Source of the DNA: Heteronotia binoei
Lineage: Eukaryota
Assembly: GCF_032191835.1 (NCBI RefSeq)
Contig: NC_083236.1
Coordinates: forward strand, 27,404,001-27,468,000
DNA: 64,000 nt
Reading direction: 5' to 3'
Under the pieces are notes generated by a model, which saw only the letters and a list, made by a program, of their open reading frames with translations, had not been told where the DNA came from and ran no database searches. Every line of letters starts with the position of its first letter. Within the stretch, counting starts at the first letter, position 1. Positions 34,722 to 45,752 of the stretch are shown here, piece after piece. The translations under genes were made by a program, and so were the position numbers.

Positions 34722-37235
34722 ACAAAAAAAGAGAAAGATAGAGGAGGGAGTGGGAAATAAAGCATATAGAGGAAAAGAAAGACTGATAGAAAGAAAGAAG
34801 GAAAGAAAGAAAGAATGAATGAGTGGGCAAGGCAGAAATAAAGCAAATAGATGGTAAAAGAAAGACTGACTGACAGAAAGAATTAATGAATGAAAGGGCG
34901 GAGAGAGCTGGAAACAAACAGAGAAAAAAAGGAAAAAAGAAAGGAAATAGGAAGGAAAAAGGAGAGGAGTGAAAGAAAGGAGGGACAAAAGGAAGAAAGA
35001 AAGAGAAAAGAAAGAAAAAGAAAAACAGAAAGAAATGGGATGGGAGCAACTCACCTTTAAAACTGCTGACTCTTGCTGCACAGCTGACTCTCGCTGTCCA
35101 AGCGTGGCTGGTTCCCCTGACCTCCACTGGCCAGGGGGAAGTCAGGCCTAACCCGCCCCGTGCACTTCCTCTTCCCCCCCCTTCCCCACCCCTGGTCAAT
35201 TTCATTGTCCGGAAGGGTGATCAGTGGCACTCGGGGCTATGTAAAGGTGCCCCCCCCCACTGATCGGCAGAGAAAACCATGCTGAGCGATCACTCAGCGC
35301 CCAGGCAGGTCAGTGGCAGCATGAACCAACTGTGTCTGGAAAGGGCGCCATGACTGCTCCCTCTTCCGCACTTCCTTCTCATCCAGGAAGTGCAGAGGAG
35401 GGAGCAGCAGCCGCTGGCCTGCCTGGGTGCTAAGTGAGTGCTCAGTGCAGTTTTCCCCACCGATCAGCTGATTGACAGAGGGGCGCCTTTACACAGACCG
35501 TAGCAACGCTGACCAAACACTGAAATTGACCTGGGGTGGGGGAGGGAGGAGGCGTGGGGGGCACAATGCCGGGGGGGGGGAGAGGCGTGGGGGATCGCAA
35601 GTGAGGTTGGGTCGGACATCGATAGGAGGCCCCGCGACCTGGCATTGGGAAACGCCACTCTAAGACCTTACACTAGGCCCTGTAAGCTCTTGGAGGCTTC
35701 GCTACATCAGGGGAGTGTAGCCTAATATGCAAAGGAGTTCCTGCTACAAGCCCTGAAAACATCCTCAGCCTCAAACTGAGCTGAGGGAAAAAACAGAGAA
35801 CAGCAGTGGATATCATCTCTCCATGGCAGCAAAAAGAGAACTGAGGTCAGGGGCGGTCTATCCACTAGGTAGCCCTAGCTGGCTGCCTGCGGCATGACTC
35901 CAGGGAGGGTGCCAGTTAGGGTCCTCCCACCCACCCTCACCTCCGTAGCAAGGGATAGCTGGGCTCACCCGCGGCACGGTGCCTGCACCTCAGAGTGAGC
36001 CGCTGGGCTGCCGTTGCTCTGTCTAGTGTGTCAGAGGCAGGAGGTGGAGCTACAGCAGCTTGGCAGTGCACACTCTAAGGCACATTCATTGTGCCATGCA
36101 GCTGCTGTGCCTTGCCTAGGGCGTTGGCAGTGCTTCAGCACTCTAGAGCCACTGCTGACTGAGGTAGTGCCCCTCCTCCTAGTCATGTGATTGTTTTGGT
36201 GGGAAAACATCAGAGGGAGGAGGGGTGCTCCTAATCTATTAGAAAGCTTGGAAATCTTTTCTGTGGCTGGCCTGCGCTCATGCAGTCCCCATGTGGGACT
36301 GCACAGAAGCCACAAAGATGAACCATACTTATACTGCCTCAGTTTCCCATGTTTTGTCCTGGGAAGGCTAACCTGCATCTGCACACATGATGGCTGCCCA
36401 GCGGCTTCCTCCACTACCCCTCCCCAAGTTTCAGAGCTGACCCATTAAGAGGGGGGAAATACTCCAAAGAGGCACATTCGGTTTAATTCATGTAACCTGA
36501 ACTTCTCTTCCCTACAAAATCTTCAGAGACAGAAATAAAACCAAAAACTTATGACTGCTGCTCAGGTGAGAAGTGGCCATGAGAGGATAGGTGATCAGTG
36601 AACACATGCCTGACTCAACCACTCAGCACTGGCACTGGCCAATAGACCTCTTCCTCCATACTCCCATGTAGGGGCCAGGGTAGCTTTGTTCTCACCCTGA
36701 TTCTGCTGAACTCCAGATGGAAGCTGGACAGGGCTTTGACAGGGTGCAGCTGTGCAGATGGAAAGGCAGGAAAGATCTCTTCCCTGCTTGCCTTTCACTG
36801 CTCTTTCTTTCCACTGTTGCCATTCTGGACTCAGAAAAGAGCTTTGACCTCTCTGTGGCTTCAGACAGCCTTGTACACAAGAAGAAGAAGGGAGGGAAAG
36901 ACCAATACTAAAATGCCCACATTAGGTGCCAATTTGATCCTAGTATGGAGCCCCAGGATGTACTAATGTAGATCTTTGGAAAGCTGGGCTGAAGAGAGCA
37001 CACACAAGATAAATACAGAAATGTGGGTTGAGCTCAAGTATCCTGGAAAACTAATTCTGGTGGATGCAGTGGAGTCTCTTCTTAACATCTTCTGCTCTGG
37101 TAAGATTACTGCTAGGTAAAAGAAATCACATTTTAAAAAGCCGCAAACTGCAGACACATCATGTGATGCTATTCTTATGTGAAACAAAGCATAATTCATG
37201 AGATAGTCTGCATGGGAAGGTAATTCTGTGCTCCG

Positions 37236-37446
37236 TCAGAAAGGACAGCTGCTGAGCTGCTGTGAACTGCACAGCTGGCTAAAGTCAAAGGCAGAAGAGG
37301 ATGGCGCATGGCGGGAGGTTCTCACGAGGAAAGGAGCCTTGGTGGAAGCAGTGATCTTCTCCGAAAGAAGGGCTCCTTTGGCTGAGGAAGGGCCTTGTTC
37401 TCTGTTCAGCTGCTGCATAAGAAGATTGTTTGTGGAAACAAGAGAC
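37236..37446 (-). pseudogene. LRRC36: LRRC36 terminal exon (SLVSTNNLLMQQLNRE...SCPF*)
   Basis: 211 bp, phase 2 start, TGA at 37236-37238. Confidence 0.85.
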
Positions 37447-37454
37447 CTAGACAA

Positions 37455-37484
37455 TAGATATAGATAGATAGATAGATAGATAGA
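37455..37484. repeat. (GATA)n microsatellite, tail of the adjacent SINE
   Basis: tagatatagatagatagatagatagataga, immediately beside the LRRC36 last-exon acceptor. Confidence 0.9.
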
Positions 37485-38318
37485 TATTGGATTTTTATCC
37501 CGCCCTCCACTCCGAAGAGTCTCAGAGCGGCTCACAATCTCCTTTACCTTCCTCCCCCACAACAGACACCCTGTGAGGTGGGTGGGGCTGGAGAGGGCTC
37601 TCACAGCAGCTGCCCTTTCAAGGACAACCTCTGCCAGAGCTATGGCTGACCCAAGGCCATTCCAGCAGGTGCAAGTGGAGGAGTGGGGAATCAAACCTGG
37701 TTCTCCCAGATAAGAGTCCGCACACTTAACCACACCAAACTGCCTACACCAAACAAAGATGGGCAGAAGGGGTTAAAAGATACCGCTTGTGACCAAATGG
37801 AGCCTGGCTGTCTGAACCAGGAGAGCCCCTTTCTTTCAAACCGGCACAGAAGGATTAGACTTCATAGAACTTGCTTGCCATTCTCCTGTATGCTCAAGTC
37901 GTCCCCCCACTCCCAGGCTGCAGTGATCAAAAGAATTTTAGCTACGATAATAAAATATTACATACAATAAAATTATGGAAGTGCCAACAACTGCAGATGA
38001 AGTAAGCTGTTCAGACTGGGGTATTTACTAGTAACCTCTTCTTATATCTATGCCAATCTCTTTCCTGGTTTGAATTATGCTTTAAACACCAAACAAAACA
38101 AGAACTGTTGATCAGGAAATGCCTGCGCTGCGGGTCTGCCCATGTCAGCAAGGCTCCAGCCATGCAAAGGACTTTACTACAGACATGAATGTCTGAACCA
38201 GCCCTGGCTCTGTGAGCAGAGACTGGGCTGTACGAGTGTGCAGAGCTGGCACTAAGGTCTTGGGTGAATGGACTGTACCATTATTTGCATCATGGGAACT
38301 TACTCAGTGTGAACTTAC

Positions 38319-38433
38319 TTTTGACTCTCTCGCAGTAAGCTGATGGTATCCTGTTGATTTTTAAACTGTTTTAATTCTGAAGTTAAGGCATCCACTTTAG
38401 CACTCAGCTGCTTGTTCCTACTTAGCAATTCAT
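38319..38433 (-). pseudogene. LRRC36: LRRC36 about exon 13 (DELLSRNKQLSAKVDALTSELKQF...LLRESQ), intact coiled coil
   Basis: 115 bp, phase 1 to 2, no stops, canonical splice sites; missed by the ORF track. Confidence 0.88.
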
Positions 38434-39864
38434 CTAGAAGGAAAGATCAATGGATAAGCAAAGCTAGACCCTATGTAATCAAACACGGAGAACAAAAGGC
38501 ACAGATCCAAGTGACCTGCTTTCCAGGACATTACAGCTAATAAAACCACCAAGAATTGCAGCACTTAGCATGTACCATTCTTAACTACTGATGAATTAGT
38601 GAAGTAAGATGAATCTGAATAAAAGTTAATAAACCTGCAAACCAGATTCAGACCCCACTGAATCCATGCCTGATTGTGCCAAATCTGTAGATGATTCCCA
38701 GTTTGGCATCTGATCACTGAATGTTCCCTTTAAGCTCTTCTGCTGAAATAAGGTAACCTTCACAGCTAATAACCCCCCCCCCCCCCCCGCAGTCTTTGGC
38801 TGTTTGTGTAACTTTGGTATAAATCTCTCTCTTGTGTGTATTGTATGCATCTGATGAAGTGGGCTCTGGCTCATAAAAGCTTCTGCCACAAAAGAAGTCT
38901 GTTAATTTGGGCAGAGCTGATTACCACACAGAGTGTGATCACACTGGAGATTAGGCGTAGCATTATCCCAGCTCTGAAAAAAAATGGTTCACCTTTATCC
39001 GTGCTCCTAAATTCGTACAGCCCCCATCCTGCTGCCAGGAGAGGCACAGGTTGCATATGCACAAGGAGAGTCTTCAGACTGCTCATGCGCATGCTGGCCG
39101 GGTGCGGGGCAGGTGCAGCATACGCCCAGCCATTCAGTCAGTCAGGAAATGCACCCTACATATGGTTATAGGTTTGCTACCTGGAAGTTCCCAGTAGCTA
39201 TTTAATCTGGTCCCAGCCCATCCTCAGATGAGGTAGGTACAGGTGGGACCTGAGAGGCAGATCGAGCACATTAGATCCAGATGGGAGGCATGGTTAGGTC
39301 AGGCTGAATCTCTCGTGTGATCACATCCTAGTGTTGGGGTTGGAAAGTGCCATCAAGATGTAGCTGACTTATGGTGATCCTGTAGAGTTTCCAAGGTAAG
39401 AGGTGTTCAGAGATGCTTTGCCATTGTATGCCTCTGGGTAGCAACCCTGGACTTCTCTGGTGGTCTCCCAACCAAGTACTGACCAGAGCCAACCCTACTT
39501 AGCTTATGAGATAGAAGAAGATCAGGCTAGCTTAGGCCATCAAGTGACCCCTCTGGAATTGCAACTCTTTTTTTGTATTTTTGCACTTGTGTGTGTGTTT
39601 GTCTGCATCTGGAAGTCATGGTGACTTCTGGTGACTGAACCCTACTGGGGGCCTAGAGGATATTCAGAAAGGTGGCTGAATAACGCCTGCCCCTGTCCTT
39701 GAAATAGGTCTCCCATCTAAGTGCTTGCCAGAGTTGACCCTGCTTAGCTTCTGAAATCAGGCTTGCCTGGGCTATCCTGGTCAAGGCTGGAATTGCAACC
39801 TTTGTTATTTAAACTATTTCTTTCCTCTCTTTCCCTAGTGCCTGATTCCTCTGCTGAGACTTAC

Positions 39865-39955
39865 CATAAGAAAGTGAATGTTTTCCTTGGGAACTGTAAT
39901 TCATAGCAGCACTTGCTTCCCCGCTTAGTTCCTTGAAGGATGCTACCTGGCTCTC
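39865..39955 (-). pseudogene. LRRC36: LRRC36 about exon 12 (ESQVASFKELSGEAS...HSLSY), shortened, in frame
   Basis: 91 bp, phase 0 to 1; ctccccag acceptor, G/gtaagt donor. Confidence 0.7.
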
Positions 39956-40766
39956 CTGGGGAGGGAGAAGCAGCAAGAGAGTTAGGGCTGGACTAGGCTG
40001 TTCATAGTCATAGTTGTGACAGAGAGGGCCTTCCTTTGGTAGGACTAGGAAGGGCAAACAGATGCTTGCAGTACAAAAAACAAACTCACAGGGGAGGGGA
40101 AATTGCACCCTCTTTCCACCCCCACTTCTTCCCTTCTTCTGCTTTGCTCCCCCCCAACCCAGCCCAACCTTCCATTTCCAGATTACCCCAATTGCCTTAT
40201 TTCTCCTTCTCACCAATCCGTATTTCTCCTTTGTGATCAATTCCTAACTTTTTAAAAAAGCTTTTTACAAAAAATTTCAACCCCAAATGTCAACTGGATT
40301 TCTTTTTATTTTTACAAAATAAACACATGCACAGACATCACTAGCTACTGGGGGGGGGGGGTCCTAGCCCACACATTTTAATTTTTTAAAATATATTTTT
40401 GTGCATGGCATCCTTTTGCGTTGGGACCACTCATCACAATTAGATACATAATGTTTAATTCCCTTAAATAATTGTGTGTTACCTCTATGTTTTTGCTGTT
40501 GGAGCAAACAGCTTGTGAAGGGTCATCAGCAAAATCAGCATGGGGGAGGAGATAACAAATGGTGCCACAATCCTGATCCAACTTGCCCCTTCCCTGCTAT
40601 TTTTCTCAGCTTAATCCACCTCACAGGGCTGTTGTGAGGACAAAATGGAGAAAGGGAAGTGCCCTCATCCCTTTGGGAGGAGTATGGGATAAACATGTAA
40701 CCAACAGATGACAGATGTTGCTACTGTTTTACCAGAGACGAAGGCACAGACCACAGGCTTCTCTAC

Positions 40767-40921
40767 CCTCAAAAAGTGCTGAGAATACTTTGGCAGGTCC
40801 TTAGGAATCCTGGAATTGATTCCTGTGGACTTTGAACGTGTTGTGGCTACAGTAGTGGAGGAACTGACCTGTTGTGAAGGGGCAGCAGCCATCAGATTCC
40901 TCAGCAAGTCACGAGCTGCAG
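40767..40921 (-). pseudogene. LRRC36: LRRC36 about exon 11 (AARDLLRNLMAAAPSQ...); donor position uncertain
   Basis: ctgtag acceptor; ARDLL..L..APSQ matches human. Candidate donors give exon ends at 40767 (phase 0), 40789 (phase 2) or about 40869 (phase 0). Confidence 0.65.
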
Positions 40922-41297
40922 CTACAGAACGACAGAAATATAAACAGGGTCTCATACATGAATTGGCACATTTTAGGAATTTGGGAAATACTGATGGTTA
41001 GTGCCTGTGCTCAATCTTGTCCAGGAGACTCCTTTTGACCCTGGAAATTCTTCTCTGAAGGCTAGTGGGTAAGGGAAAGATGATTTCTATGTCCTCAGAG
41101 GTTCCCTGGCTGGGACCCTTCAGTGAAAACAGGTCCTTCCCAAAGGGAAGATCTGGTGAAGGCCATCAGAAATGAAGCACAGCAGGCAAGTCATTCCCCA
41201 ACAAACTGGCACAAGCCCATGGCCAAAGGTAAGCAAAGCTGTTTGTCCCTGTCTCCCAAAGGTAAGAGCTAGCAGGAGTTCTAGGCAAGCCACCTAC

Positions 41298-41454
41298 CAA
41301 GAAAATTGTTATTGAGGAGAAGGGAGCCTGAACCATTCCAATAGCGATCCACAAGTTGCAGGAGTTGTAGCAGGACAACGACAGGAGAACTTTTATCTGC
41401 ATCATGGGGACTTTCTGTCCGGATATGGCCGCTCTTCTGCTCACTGAGTTGATG
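41298..41454 (-). pseudogene. LRRC36: LRRC36 about exon 10 (…LLQLLQLVDRYWNGSGSLLLNNNFL), intact
   Basis: 157 bp, phase 0 to 1; strongly conserved WNGSGSLLLN motif; canonical splice sites. Confidence 0.88.
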
Positions 41455-41680
41455 CTACAGAGAGAGAGCCAAAGTCAAACATTTGCCAGATCTTTGCAAA
41501 CTTCTCACTTAAAGGAATGTCTAACAGAAAACAATAATCATCATACATTTTTGAAATTTATTTTTTAAAATCTGTAACTGACATATCAAGATGCTGATAA
41601 AACTGTATACATCTATACATCAATTACCAGCTTTAAAACAGAAAAAGACAACTGCCCCCCAAGTGGCATGGAGTGGGGGG

Positions 41681-41865
41681 CAGTGTTCCCTCTGAGCTGA
41701 GTTAGTGTGAGCAAGCTCACAGTTTTTTAGCCTCCAGCTCACGCATTTTTGTCTCAGCTCAGGAAAAATGGCCCCAGAGCAAACTAATTTATGGAGTAGC
41801 TCACAACTTTAATGCCAGTAGTTCACAAAGTAGAATTTCTGCTCCACAGCTTAGAGAGAGTATTG
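41681..41865. mobile_element. hAT MITE (cagtgttccctct termini)
   Basis: 8-bp TSD gtgggggg at both ends; homologous to the 42938 copy. Confidence 0.8.
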
Positions 41866-42074
41866 GTGGGGGGGGGGGGGGGTGTCTGCTCCGAGGACCA
41901 GGGGAGGGGAAATGTAGGAAAACCTGCCATACAGACACCCAGTTGCTGCTGTGTAGCATCAGCAGCTGCTGTGACAACAGGCAAACCCCAGAGACATGTC
42001 ATTATGTGGAACAGCCAAGAAGACACGTTCCATTGTCCACCGATCTGCTCCACAGCACGGAACAAAGCACTTGC

Positions 42075-42369
42075 CTCCTTATTTGTTTCTTTTGAGCAAT
42101 GTGTAGGGCTTCTGCTGTGTTTAAACTCCACTCTTGAAGGACTGAGTGAGCGACTGACTGAAGATTCTTGCCCTTTCCGGGCCACAGATAATGGTGCTGA
42201 AACTGGCTGTGAATCCTCAAGTGGTTTCTCATCCAATAAAGATCTGCACTTAGACTGGAAATCCCCTAAGCTTGTAAAAGTAGAGTTGGATAATGGACAA
42301 AAGCAACTGTTCAGCTTTGCATCTAGGGAAAGGGGACACAAGAATCAAAAGAGCTATGTTACTCCAAAA
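42075..42369 (-). pseudogene. LRRC36: LRRC36 about exon 9 (RSLSPSRVEF), with alternative acceptors at 42369 and 42322 and a GC donor
   Basis: The distal acceptor gives an immediate TAA; the proximal ttccctag acceptor gives an open 248-nt exon; donor GAG/gcaagt. Confidence 0.7.
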
Positions 42370-42937
42370 CTATAATATCAAACTGATTTAAAAATTGGTA
42401 TACTCAAAACAAAAGTATACTGATATTCTGAGAAATGTATGTCGTTGAGCTTTATGTCATTAATGACTTTTTGATACCCTTTCTCCCTTTTTTTCCTTCT
42501 GTACCCTTCAATTATATAAAAAATACCTATTAAAAAAAAGCAAAAGTTCTCAAAAATATTCACGAAACAAAACCAAAACACAAACAGGATGTGTCAACTT
42601 TATTAAGGCGACAGAGGCAGATTCTGTCAGAATAAGATCTATTCAAAATCTTCCTTGTAGAACCATGGAGGGGCCTTACAACTTTCAAAAGACAGATTAA
42701 TCAGCTGCTGACATCAACAGTGATGTTGCTGGGGAAATGGCTTTTGTCCACAAGCCCCAGACTTTCCAGAGAAAAAGCAATAAGGAGACAACAAGGGCAA
42801 GTCACCAGAAGCTGATGGGAAAACAAATATTTCATCAATTATTGAATCGTTTGCAGTATAATACTCAGCCATACTTTGGAATTCAGCCAGCACTAATTCC
42901 TGACTAAAGGAACTTTGGGTGAGGAAACTCTCAGGAG

Positions 42938-43153
42938 CAGTGTACCCTCTAAGCTAAATTATTGTGAGCTAGCTCACAGATTTTTAGCCTCCAGCTCACA
43001 CATTTCTGCCTTAGCTCAGGAAGAATGACACAGGAGCAAACTAATTTATGCAGCAGCTCACAACTTTAGTACCAGTAGCTCACAACTTTAATGGCAGTAG
43101 CTCACAAAGTAGAATTTTTGCTCACAAGACTCTGCAGCTTAGAGGGAACATTG
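42938..43153. mobile_element. hAT MITE (cagtgtaccctct / agagggaacattg termini)
   Basis: Perfect 8-bp TSD ctcaggag at 42930-42937 and 43154-43161. Confidence 0.85.
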
Positions 43154-43998
43154 CTCAGGAGGAGAGCTCATGGAACTCATCAGCCAGTCCAAATCTCTAA
43201 CTGGTCAAGGAATTTGAGGGGTACTGAGAAAGGAAAGGCAAAACCAGTATTTCCATTTCTTTTCCTTGTCCTGCTCCCCCACCCCATCTCATGGCCATGT
43301 CAGTCCACATAAAATCTAGAACCACAACAAAACCAGTGCAATATTTTTTACTAGGATAAATCAAACTGAAACCAAACATTGTGTGAGCGTACCAGAATTC
43401 TTCATTGGACAGGATATTAGAAAATTTAAAAAGGGTGGGGAGCAGATTTCTCAGGCTGTAATGTTAAGGTTTGCTCTTACAACAAGCATTTTGAAAAGGA
43501 GACGACTGAGACACTAAGTACTGGCAGAAGGATGAGATGTTGGACTGCTTGAAGAGCAGTCTTCCCCTCCCCAGTTTGGTGGTTAGGAGCGTGTACTCTA
43601 ATCTGGAAGAACCAGGTTTGTCCCCCCCCTCCTCCAAATGCAGCTGCTGGTGTGACCTTGGGTTAGTTACAAGTTCTCTCAGAGCTGTTCTCTCAAGAGT
43701 TCTCTCAGTCCAACCTATCTCACAGGGTGTTTGTTGTCGGGAGGGGAAGGAAAGGAGACTGTAAGCCACTCTGAATGAAGAGCAGGGTATAAATCCAATC
43801 TCTTCTTTTTCTCACAGTAGGTGTATAAGGCAGAATCTTTTTCCCACAGTAGGTGTATAAGGCAGAGAAGGACGTGTTTGCCTACCCAGCACATACTGAA
43901 GCAGTGTAGATCCCCCACAGCTATGCAGAACCTCAGAAAGTCAAGCAACAGGAAATTAGACCACTAAATAAATAAACAAACAAATATTTTTTCTTCAC

Positions 43999-44475
43999 CT
44001 GAACTGTGTTTCAAGGAACTTTCAGGATCTGAGCCTGTTTGCAAGTACTGTCCTCGGAAATCCCCACAAGAGGACCAGGTAGCTGCCAGGGCTTCCTTAG
44101 CATCCTTGGAGCTATAATTACGGCCACTGTCTGCTGCTTTCCTGTCATCTGCAAGTCTCTTATGCAGCTCCTTGTGAGCAGTGGAAGATGCGAGACACTG
44201 ACACTCATAACTACCCAGCTTGAGATCTCTGGCCAACTCATGGGAGTTCAGCTTCCCTGTGTCATTCAAATTCAGTCTTCTGGTTGGAGAAACACCTCGG
44301 CCAAAGTCAAGCAGGTCCAATTTCCGTCCTCTTTCTTTTTCGCTGTGAGGGAAGTCTGAAGGGGAGTCTTCGGAAAAGGACACATGAAGTCTTCCTTTAC
44401 TAGATCTGGCTCTGCGTCTTACTTGGGAGTGCATGGAAGTTTGGGCTTGAGGGGATGAGGAAAGGAGCTTGTGGT
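43999..44475 (-). pseudogene. LRRC36: LRRC36 large internal exon (about exon 8), open reading frame retained
   Basis: 477 bp, phase 1 to 1, no stops; LHVSF...EKE, HKELHKR and SSCGD resemble the human sequence; AG and G/gtgaag boundaries. Confidence 0.75.
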
Positions 44476-45460
44476 CTACAAAGAACAGCCAGAGAGAAGA
44501 AAGACATTAATTTAAAAACCCTGTTAAATGTATAGCCCCTTTCTCACAAGGTTCTCCTGTCTAAGGGGATAACCAAATCCACTCCTACTTAGCTTCAGTA
44601 GTGCTACACATCAGAGACTCATTGCATTTCAGAAAAAAAATACTGTTTAAACTACATTTTTTTTCCACTTTAGGTGTCACCCCTACTCTTGTTTGTCTTT
44701 ATCAAACGATGTTTCCGGCCCATAAACTTTTCTGTGACAAACAGAAGTGCCAATTATAAAGAAGCAGATACTTAATCAGCATTTATACAAAGGTTCCACT
44801 TATATGTGTGGCAGAGGTTCGTTTGATTTCCTGAAGCATAAGCTGAGACAGTATCATGTGCGGCAGGGACAAATGGCCACAGACCTAGCTTATTAGTGGC
44901 CATGTGGCTAGCACTGCAGTGGCTGCAATAGGAAGCCGCTCAAAATGTATCATGGAGGATGCACTTTTGGTATCAAGATAAGGCTGATTTCTCTTAAGGG
45001 AAACATCCAGTCATTAAAAATTTTAGAAGACTAGAAAAGAGTGTTCAAGCAATCAAATTTCCACATGTGCTTCCTGGATTTTATGAATCTTTTTCTTAGA
45101 TGTAGGCAACACTCTTACAAACAAGTAAGGCATCCTGGAACACTAAAGTGGGATATAAACAGGGATGAAATTGTGTGGTTATCTTGCTATTGTTCCAGAT
45201 CCCATATGGCACACCTGTGGCAGGGCTTTCATAAAGCAGGTTCCTCTGCATTTTCCATCCATCTCTCATGTCCCACCTGTTGCACTGCTGGCTTTTTTAC
45301 ATTTCAAAGGAAACTGGCAACAGGTAGATCATTATAACACTATATATATATATAGTATAACAATATACAATATAGATTGTTACATCAACAATCTATAAGG
45401 TTCCCAGATTTCATTTCATAAAGTAAATATGTAGCCCTTTTTGTTGTGCAGTTATGAGAA

Positions 45461-45752
45461 GGGCCCCGGACGCAGAGTATTAAAGCTGCAGTACTGCAGT
45501 CCTAAATTCTGCTCACGACCTGAGTTCAATCCCCGGCAGAAGCTGGGTTTTCAGGTAGCCGGCTCAAGGTTGACTCAGCCTTCCGTCCTTCCGAGGTCGA
45601 TAAAATGAGTACCCAGCTTGCTGGGGGGAAAGTGTAGATGACTGAGAAAGGCAATGGCAAACCACCCTGTAAAAAGTCTGCCATGAAAACGTTGTGAAAG
45701 CAACGTCACCCCAGAGTTGAAAACGACTGGTGCTTGCACAGGGGACCTTTCC
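45461..45752 (+). mobile_element. Sauria SINE
   Basis: Matches the 19108 and 20596 copies; gagaagggc repeated at 45456-45464 and 45756-45764. Confidence 0.85.

Noticed and set aside
33923-35205. Long ORFs of 272-403 aa in the ORF track
   Set aside because: Artefacts of N runs and low-complexity GA/CT sequence; the same applies to the ORFs across 10517-10978.
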